From: Balanoglossus misakiensis
Taxonomy: Eukaryota; Animalia; Hemichordata
DNA length: 64,000 bases
Assembly (NCBI GenBank): GCA_040954595.2
Contig: CM082587.2
Span: 837,622 to 901,621, forward strand
Direction: 5' to 3'
The notes beneath the pieces are model-generated. The model was not told the origin of the DNA. It did no database searches and saw only the letters and a list, made by a program, of their open reading frames with translations. Shown here in pieces: positions 38,501 through 47,600 of this stretch. A program made the position numbers and the translations under genes. Each line of letters opens with the position of its first letter. Position 1 is the first letter of the stretch.

Positions 38501-41500
38501 GCCTTGACTGTTGGGATACATGGAATTGACAAGTACATTTCTACTAGTACATTTCCTGCTTGTCAATAACATGCAATGTATCTCTCTGAGTTAATATGCG
38601 ATATACAAGGGTCGGGTCCCAGAGCATTCAAACCATTAGAAATTCCACTAATACCCTCCCACTTTTTTATACAACAGTTGGTATATTCACCATGTTAGAG
38701 ATAACAGTACTTCCAAGCTATGGTGGAATGTGGTTGATACAGACATAATATATAATCATCTGTTCACCACATATGTTCAGCTTTAATTATTTTGAATCTA
38801 TATATACATTTTTGAAATTTGTACTAAATTCCTCTGCCACCAATATTCAACTGTATCATTTGGCTTTCACTGAGAAAATTACATTTCATTTCATTTCCAG
38901 AGTAGCCCACAATCCTGGTGCATGCTTGGTATATCTGGCAACCATGTGACCTCAAATGCAACAGTTGATTAGACTATTTCCATGGTAACATCACTTCCTT
39001 TGAAGTTGCATTATTCTTGACCACACAGCAAAAATTTGACTTGTTTACTCGAGGTCAGCATACAGCTAAGGTCTTGTTACTGTTTATGCAATTCAACAGT
39101 ACATAGAAACAATAATTCTTCGCCTTTCCAACAACAAAACAAGAAATATCTCTCTTTTTACATGACTTATAGTCGCAATTTGTTTTTTCTTTACTTTATT
39201 AAACGACAATGTGACTTGACGACTGTCATACAGCTAAAGGTTTATTTTCTTTCAGCCAACAGAATAAAGATATGCATCAAGGTCCCTATATCAAAATTCT
39301 TCCAGCATTCTTATTTTTCTACGAAAACTAGAGGCTTCAGTCTGTAGTGCCGACTGAGCCCATATCTAATCTTGCTACTATACTTGGCAGGCATGGCAAA
39401 CATCAAGTGCTGAGCAATGTTGTCTTCAGAGGAAAGTCGCACAACAAATTTGGGGGTTTTGTCTCGTGTTACAATCTCGCTCATCAAAAAAATACAACCA
39501 GTCTTTGCAACTGTACACATGTGTTACTGCTGTTTTGGTGCAATATTTAACAACCTTAAGGGTCAAACAAAAGAAGGTGAGAATCTGATTAAATCAAAGT
39601 TTGCCCAAGTTAATGAAACACCAAGGTGGACAATCTTTAGTACTAAGCCACGTGCCTATGCCTTTGTGTCAATATTCTTATCAGGGATGGCTGACAGCAA
39701 ATAGCACACAGCAAGGTTGTTATCAAGAATGGGCTCCTATCAGCTGATTAATAATTTAGTAGAAAGACCACCTAAAGAAGACTGCCGGCAAGACTTTACA
39801 TGTCACAAACAATGGGGCCACCCATTACACAATACGACCTGAGTTGGTACACCTTGTTATTGTTCGAGATATACATCCCTACAGCTCTCACCTTGTCTTT
39901 TTTTTTTAGTTCCTTGCACTTATATTTCAGCGACTTTTTCCTCACTTGGATAAAATATTAGTTTTGACTAACTGTAATAGTTATTTTGCACTTGATCCAA
40001 AATACACATGGACGAAATGCGCGTCCCTTGTTCGGTTAGAAATGTAACTGACAGCAGTCACACGCCTTTCAAATTTTGAAATTGGAATATTACTGGATTG
40101 GTCACCCTTAAGCTTCGTAGAATCGTAGATGGATGTTTTGCTTGGACTTCTGTCTGACCTATGCAGAAAAAAACGGCTAGGTCATTGGCGAGTCATATCC
40201 CAAGCATGGATCACTCCCACACTCCGTAAACAGAGAGGGGAAGCCCTACTCACAGCATGAATAAAAAACTTCAGCTGTGTACACGGCACACCCGTCTGTA
40301 GGAAACCAATACAGTAGTAATAGGCATATCCTCTGTAGATATTCTACCCACTCCTTGTTTGTTCCCCTAAAATTCCATAATGATCATACAATACCAAACT
40401 TCACGGAAATGAAATTATACACCCCAACTTTACTGACACACCAGTTCCTTTGAGTGTCTGTGGGTCAACATATAAAAGTGAACGACCTTATCCACAGTCC
40501 AAGAGCCCCACCACACTCCAAGACTGTTGCTTGCCTCTAACTGGACACTGCCCAAGTTTTCCACTGAAGGTCCTCTATAGTTGTATTATGCAGCGTCTTT
40601 GCTGAGACGCACAGCCCAGCAGCTTCCATGCCGTACTTTGGGGCCCTTCATTTGAAACCATTTCAATAGATAGCTAATTTCAATGCATTTCAATCCCCCT
40701 TTGATGGGACACCACACAAAAGAGGCGGCACAATAGACTGTGGCATCCTGTGGGCCTATTTACTTCTTTAACCCCCATCGGCAACAGGCCAACAAGACCA
40801 CTCTTTTGTCAGGCTGGAAGTGTCAAATCTTCAGTCTGATTACTATTAGCATAATGAGGACGACACCAGCTCATTTATGGATGCTGTTTACTTCATCACA
40901 CAGTAAAAAAAAACGGAAAAGAATCCCACTTAAGAATCTCAGCTAAAAGTTCACAAAAAAATCAACCTTGCCACTTCCAGTAAGTTTAAAGTACATTTAA
41001 ATGCCACATGTACATTGTATAACACAAAATCGACAACGTCTTGCATTTTCATATTTCAGTAAATATTGTTATATGATAGGCATGCAAAAACAACAGGCTT
41101 GATATTTTGGGACTCAATGTTCAATCACTGAGACACGATTTTGGCGGAACAAAGCAGACGTCCAGGCAGAAGAATGCAGTGTTCACTCCCATGAAAAAAA
41201 ATGGACAGATGGTTGCTAGCACTAATTACATGTGATGTCACTCACCTATATACATACGGTAATTGTGTATTTTTTAATTTTTCAAAATTGGCCAATCAAA
41301 TGTCTGGTCTGTGATGTTATTTTTCTATTAACAATGGGCGTGATTTGCGTACCTATCAGCGACTGTCCAACTAGTGCATTTCTAGTTTAATTTTCCTGTT
41401 AATTTAAAAGAATCATAAATTACATACTTGCAATATCCTCTTTGGTCACAGGTACCACCATTTCGACATGGGTTGAGGTTGGAGCATGATTGGACTGAAA

Positions 41501-42739
41501 AGAAAAGATACAGAACAGATGATAATAACAAGTTTCACATCAAACGCCATTTAAAATTTAAATAAATTTTCCCATTGTAATTGCGGGGTGCTTAGCATCT
41601 CAGCACTGAGTGTAACAGGTGACGAAAAAGTGTTACTTTTTAGAGAAAATGTTTCAAAATGATGCTCCGGAAATACATTTTGTTAGTTATATGTCTACAC
41701 AACTTTTATATTGTGGCAATCAATACCAAGCCGCTCCTTCACAAAATATTTAAAATCCGTGATTCTTTATGAGTCATAACAATGAAGGGGTATAGTTTAG
41801 TATGTACGTCTTTGTGTATATTACTCAAGCGCCCAGCTTCAGTGTTATCGGAAAACACCGGATTCAACCGTTATGATAAAATTAAAGCCCCGGGCGAAGT
41901 TTCTGCGACAAAACTCTATTTTATCGGTAAATGTGAGAAAGTTAATTGGGGAATTTTGTGAATCAGAAAACAACACATCCGCATCACAAGCGTGTAATTT
42001 CGAATGGCTTCCCTGTCAAGTCAAAACACAAAGTCGGCGATTTGATAAGATACTATAATAACCGCAGTCTGCATCTTGCGCTGGCAGCAAGTTATGAAAT
42101 GCACAAGATCTACGCAATGTCTATTTCCACACGAAATGTACAACAATCGTTAAATGTACATAGGCGTACATTTCACGATTGTCGCGCAAAGGGATCGTTT
42201 ATAAAAAGCTAGGTTGTGACATGGCACGTTCTGGGTCGGTGTAAACATTCTCGGCGGCGAAAACCGTACGAGACAGCAAAACATTGAAGGGCTGGTGTGG
42301 GACACAAGACTAAATTCAGCAACAGCACCCTGATAAATGAACAGATGTGAAGTATCGATCTGTAAGAGTGCGAAAACACGTTTCATTTCATAGCTTAAAA
42401 GCGATCAATGGTACAGACACAGGGTGCACTGACGACTAAATGGAAATACACACACGTCCATCTCTGGTTCCAATGGGGTCACCCAATAAACATGGGACAA
42501 GCTACGCTGTGGTCCAAACAAACTATACAAGCGCCTCAACTCGAAATGCACTTGAACAACAAAACCCAGGGATTGTCACAGATGATCACGATCGTGCAAC
42601 GAGTGACACACGTTTAAACGACTGGTAATTAGGTATAACTGAAAATATAGATGATAAGATGCACGTACGAACCTTGCGGATAAGTTGGCCGTGCTATAAA
42701 AACCAACAGAAGTAAATTTAGCCACCAGGGGCGCCACAT
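12986..42739 (-). CDS. Notch: Notch receptor, full length (~2579 aa, 29 coding exons)
   Basis: Hand-spliced exons, all GT-AG and frame-consistent, total 7740 nt: 42739-42673, 41494-41428, 26321-26053, 25199-24858, 24734-24612, 24315-23926, 23803-23618, 23307-23080, 22946-22713, 22059-21370, 21156-21004, 20819-20591, 20377-20176, 19811-19652, 19509-19192, 19076-18843, 18590-18490, 18366-17971, 17833-17640, 17504-17145, 16978-16827, 16683-16437, 16285-16156, 16007-15806, 15595-15461, 15339-15188, 15017-14870, 14729-14632, 14518-12986. Domains: signal peptide, 36 EGF repeats, 3 LNR, HD, TM, RAM (LWFPE), ANK, poly-Q, PEST (YPTPPSQHS; [19 protein letters not shown]). Confidence 0.97.
14632..16683 (-). 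CDS. Notch: Notch exons 22-28: transmembrane, RAM and ankyrin repeats
   Basis: [38 protein letters not shown]; ALTPPQG; DVRGPGGFTPLM; [18 protein letters not shown]; [27 protein letters not shown]; [14 protein letters not shown]. Confidence 0.95.
16827..18366 (-). CDS. Notch: Notch exons 18-21: EGF35-36, LNR A-C and heterodimerisation domain
   Basis: [31 protein letters not shown]; [31 protein letters not shown]; NPLYDQYC; [15 protein letters not shown]; basic motifs RFRR and RVKR in the S1 loop; [13 protein letters not shown]; YQIHSVG (S2 region). Confidence 0.95.
18490..26321 (-). CDS. Notch: Notch exons 3-17: EGF repeat array (end of EGF1 to EGF34)
   Basis: Six-Cys and calcium-binding EGF repeats across mostly phase-1 introns. 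Ligand-binding EGF11-12 at 23803-23618 ([53 protein letters not shown]). Confidence 0.96.
22119..22213. mobile_element. Short TTAA-flanked MITE (piggyBac-like) in Notch intron 9; partial copies at 20857-20922 and 17913-17930
   Basis: TTAA-CCCTCTCACC...GGTGAAAGGG-TTAA: terminal inverted repeats starting CCC inside TTAA. The related end ttaacccttccaccaccatggtt occurs at 20857 and ggtggtgaaaagggttaa at 17913. Confidence 0.75.
25911..26026. mobile_element. Degenerate MITE-like repeat (CAGGGTT..AACCCTG ends); related fragments at ~17058-17100 and ~58795-58835
   Basis: Imperfect terminal inverted repeat cagggttcaca / tgcaaaccctg. The segment at 17058-17100 (minus) matches aaaaccactggagaaactcttggaaaatccaggaatttt at 58795. 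No target-site duplication was seen. Confidence 0.45.
41428..41494 (-). CDS. Notch: Notch exon 2 (first half of EGF1)
   Basis: cttttcttttcag|TC CAA TCA TGC TCC AAC CTC AAC CCA TGT CGA AAT GGT GGT ACC TGT GAC CAA AGA GGA TAT TGC AA|gtatgt gives (V)[21 protein letters not shown](N). Phase 1 in and phase 2 out match exons 1 and 3. Missed by the ORF track. Confidence 0.93.
42673..42739 (-). CDS. Notch: Notch coding exon 1 (signal peptide)
   Basis: [22 protein letters not shown] plus G|gttcgt phase-1 donor. Hydrophobic core typical of a signal peptide; joins exon 2 in frame. Missed by the ORF track. Confidence 0.88.
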
Positions 42740-44664
42740 TCCGGAGCAGAAAAACTAGCTTGCAACCGTAGATTTCATGAGTTAAACTTCCCGAAGGTAT
42801 AATCCTGATTAAAGTATGTCAATTTGATGAAAAATCCCGGCAAAGATGGACTTTCGATGGCCGACACCACACTCGTCCACACACTCCTACTTGCAAATTT
42901 CAGTCTTTTTGTTGTATGAAACTTTGGTCGTGTGGCCCAGAACAAAGATCGACAGGCCCTCTTTGTATCCCTCCGCCGAGAAGTTTTGGTCAAGAATTTC
43001 CACAAAAAATCGATCAATGTATTGTCTCGACTCTTTTCACAGACAGACCGGAACTTAATACTTTAAGAGGGAAACTAGAAGTGCGTTCGGCAAATATACG
43101 TTTGATATATTAAAGTTTGGACTCGCATTGGAAGGACTACTTGCTGGTCAATTAGTTAGCTGGATAAAGCGCAGAAAATCGGAACTTTTCACTCGACTGG
43201 AGGTAATTTGCATTCGCCATCAATCACTACACTTTTCAAAGCCCGCCCACAGTCACCAATCACACAAGCTTTTACTTAGCTTAGTGCAACAAGCGTCCAA
43301 TCAGACGAAGCTTCATAAACCTTGTGTTGATTTGAAAGACTAACAACTCAAGTCCCATAGATCGCCCAGCCAGAAGGCAGTAACACGTGGAGAATGCATT
43401 TCAGGCCTACTATCACGGAAAAGTGCTTGGAAAGTCAGTCACGGTCGTCAGACAAAACGCACGAGTCTGAAAATTGCGGGAAAACCGCAGCTGCGCGGGA
43501 CTTTGCCGAGCAGTCGCGCGAAGCTTTTCTTTGCTCCATCGTATTTTCCCACGCTTAAAAGCTGACAACGCCAACACGATTCCTCCCGGACCATCGCGTC
43601 CGGGATAACTTTTTATGGAACTTCATCGTTCCGCTTCAGGAAAAAAAAAACTCAAAACAGAAGCAACTATATAAATGATACTTTTTTTTAATTATTTATT
43701 TATCATTTTTGTCCTTGTTTGTGAGATTGTACAATAGGTAAACTTTCAAAGTCAGCAATATTTCATGAAAACATTTTGTTATTGGCCTTGCGAGGGAAAC
43801 AAACACCTCCCCACGCAAATTAATTGTTATAACACCATACATGACATCTCGTGACAAATCGGCCCAAAATGTCACAGGTGGTTCTGAGATATAATAGTTA
43901 TGGTAACTAATGTACCTAGATTGCGCAAAAAGAAAAATAATTATAAGAAAGCACGCCAAATCCCAACGCCCGCAAAAGACACTAGCATGATCACACAATT
44001 TATTAACAAACTGAAACAATTGTTTGTAAATTTCTTGCCCGCCACTGAATTATTACTCTCTCAGGCCTAAACCCCTTTATAATTATATGGGTTACAAATT
44101 CGGGTATGTAGGTCGGTGATTTCTTTTTATTTTGTAAAGTTTTTGAACTTTCTGTTGTGTTTTGAAAGTGTCCAAACTAAGATTGTGAAACAACTCTCAC
44201 TCTCTAGATCTTGCAGTTTTATTTTTAATGCCAACTTTCGCGTAAATTATGAGCTAAGCTACTCCATAAAACCAATTTTCGCAACAACAACAAAAAATGC
44301 ACTGTATATCCGATTCACTTTTCTTAGTCTTAGCCAGTTATTGCCATTCCCGATATAGTATTTCAGGATGAGGATGGGGGTGGGGATGGGCAACTCCTCT
44401 TTCCGTACAAAAGTGCGTCTTTTTCAACTCTTTCCAAAATACGCGAACGTCTTGAAAATATTTGACGTTTTTTATCATGAAGTAGAGTTACAATACTAGT
44501 ACTTTTGATAGCGATACGTGTCAGACGTGAATATTTTGCGTCCCCATCCCGCGGGTCCCCACCTCACGCGTTTTACTTGCGCGTTTTTAAAACCGGAAGT
44601 AGCAAGTTAAGCATTAAAGTATTAACGCAGTATATACAATTTGCATAATTTATTCGTTTTTAAC
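42740..44664. promoter_or_regulatory. Divergent Notch/IMP3 5' region with promoters
   Basis: The two ATGs are 1.9 kb apart in opposite orientation. The region is locally CpG-enriched, with CCAATC boxes (~43256, ~43277), CACGTG (43384), a CSL consensus CGTGGGAA on the minus strand (43546-43553) and ETS/GABP-type CCGGAAGT (44593-44600) just upstream of IMP3. Confidence 0.6.
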
Positions 44665-47600
44665 ATGGTGCGGAAGTTGAAATTTCACGAGCAGAAGCTG
44701 CTGAAGAAAGTCGATTTTATATCATGGGAGGTCGACAACAACTTACACGAAGTACGGGTTATGAGAAAGTACCGTATACAGAAAAGGGAGGACTATACCA
44801 AGTGAGTAGCGATCATCTAATAAGACCACGTGCGTGTTGATTGTATACAGCTAGCTAGGGGTTCGTGTACAGTATAAGCATATGGGGGCTGCCATTTTGT
44901 ATCCACGCATTCTGGCGTTTTGTTGAACTCATTCGTTTTTATCGCGATGCTTGAAATTATTTATTAATTTGAGAGAGAAAAAACAGAAACCCCAATAAAA
45001 TGTTACAATAGGTGAACAATCCAGCACCCAGTACTGTCACTTAAATGTGTGACTTCGTTTCGTTTTTTTCTATATCGCATGCCAACCGTTGAGGGCGTCA
45101 TATTATGTTATTTTTAGGAAAACATAATGTTTTGGGTATTATATATTGTTTTCCACATGACTACATATTTTTTTATTTTATAGATATAATAAATTAAGTA
45201 GGAACATTCGGGAACTTCTTGAAAAGATCAAAAAGCTGGATGTAAAAGATCCTGCAAGAGCTGAGTACACATCACAACTCCTGGAAAAATTGTAAGTGTT
45301 GAGTGGAGAGTATATTAAATTTGTATGTATGTGGAAAGTCCAGTAAGAGAAATGCCAACCAATAGAGGGCATCCATCTTGAGTAGGTTTTTGCCTTGTGT
45401 TAGGGGGTCAATATCATATTTAAATATTTGCATTGTGGGTAAAAGTGTCGACAATACTGAGACAAACTGTAGTAAGAATTTTAGAGAGATGATATACATT
45501 ACCATCTTCATAAATGGGTGAACTTTTGTCCTGGCCTTTTGTTCGTATGAAATTATTACAAACAAACAACATTTACTTAATTGTATTACTTTAATTTCTT
45601 TGTTATAAAATGAGTTATATTGGATGAGTTCATAACTCTTCCAAAGTGTAGACTCATGCCAACAAAATGCCAGGATGTAAAGGTCATATAGGGGTCATGA
45701 AGGTGGCCTGCTGTATGACTTCTATCTGGAATTACTTTGTTCCTGAATTGTGAAACAGAATAAAGGTCATGTCCAGGTCAACCTGACTGAACCAGATATC
45801 CCACTTTGCAGGAAATAGTCCTTTCTCTGGCCTTCACCTTAAGCAGGGGTCATTTCCCCTAAGTAGGTCAGCCCATGGTCAGCCCTGGTATACCTATACC
45901 GGTGGTTTTGTTGGGTCCCATTGGTATGTACCATGGGACCTTATGGGATCGGTTATGTATGTATGTATGGATGGATGGATGGATGGATGGATAGATGTAT
46001 GTCTGTATGTCCGTCCACATCAAAAACTTGAAAACCGCTGCGTGTATCACCTTGATATTTGGTGTGCTGATGCAGGCTGGGCTGTAGATGGGAGTTTGTT
46101 CAAATGAAGTTGTCATTGCCAAAAATATGCAAATTAGTTGGAAAAATTGGATTTTGGTCAAAACTCAGTAACTCAAGAACTACTGGTCAGATTGCTTTGC
46201 AAAGTGGTGTGTATTTACTTTATTGAGTTGTTTTAATTAGGCAGAAACTCCCTCCTGTTATTCACATAAACACAGCAAATTCCTGAATGATTACATAACT
46301 GGCTAAGTTTTAATGAGGCCAGCTGTTCTATTTAGTGTATGTACAGTACATATGAAATTGGCAGCTTATGGGTCAGTCAGTGTTTGCCCATTGAGCAAAG
46401 TTGAACTTCATTGGAGAAAAGAAGAACCACTCCCGTCGGTCTTAATTTGCATTTTAACACTTTATTTTGCATTTCAATACTTGATTTAAATATGAGAAAA
46501 GCCTAACAGTTTTGTCTCACTGTAGTTAAAGTTTTGGACCTAGAAATATAAATAGTTTGTGTCCATGAGTTTGTATTGGGGATGTGTTAGCACTCTGGGC
46601 ACCGTACTCCTCACGGGATCTGTTAGCGCAGGTCAGTGCAACACACCCCAAGCTTTTTGTATCGCCTTCTTTTGCTGTGATTTGAGAGCTATACAGTGTT
46701 CATTTTGTAGACACAGGGATGTTTATGTTTGTGAGAGGCTCGCGCGAGTCTGCCATTGTATTGTTGTGTGCAAAAGAGGTCACGGGAGTTTGGGGATGTG
46801 TTAGCGCTCTGTTCACCGTACTCCTCACGGGATCTGTTAACGCAGGTCAGCGCAACACACCCCAAGCTTTTGTATCGCCTTTTGCTGTGATTTTAGAGGT
46901 ATACAGTTCATCTTTGCATTCATCGTCCCATCAGATCTCTGTGTCGACAGTCCGATGTTAGATTGTTGTTGGGTCCCATTGGTATGCACCATGGGACCTT
47001 ATGGGATCGTTGCACCTGTATGGGATGGATGTACGTCTGTATGTCTGATTACATAACTGGCTAAGTTTTAAAGAGGCCAGCTGTTCTATTTAGTGTATGT
47101 ACAGTACATATGCCATTGGCAGCTTATGGGTCAGTCAGTGTTTGCCCATTGATCTCTCGCTATGTGTGTGTGCATGTGTCTGTCTGTATATGGCCATGTA
47201 CTCCGGTGTAGACTTTTTCTTGTGTAATCACTCAATGGGACCACCGTGTCCTTGACGCGATTTTTATAAAAGGGCGGTACCCAGGTTAATGTTACCAGGG
47301 TTCCCCTTGGTATATCAATGCGGCCAAGAGTGTTTAACTGGGTTCCCTTCAATCTTCCCCAACTTCAGCAGAGACACTGTATACCTATGCCATGCCCATG
47401 TGTATTGTTCACTGCAATTCACCACATCTGATGACCCCTGGTTATTTCACCAGTCACCACTCATGTAATATCTGAACTCAAACTCAGTGGTTACACAGCT
47501 AAATACTAGAAACCTGTGTAACAGACAAAACACCATGTATTAGCCAATAGAAATTTCTCATTTGGTGTCTGAATAATGGCTGTAACATAGCTCATAGCGC

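Noticed and set aside
26400-41400. Short ORFs in Notch intron 2 as a nested gene
   Set aside because: All are under ~120 aa, many start at non-ATG codons, and none shows recognisable motifs or a consistent exon chain.
42721-42736. CTCF-like GCCACCAGGGGCGCCA in Notch exon 1
   Set aside because: One G short of the consensus spacing and explained by the W-R-P-W-W codons.
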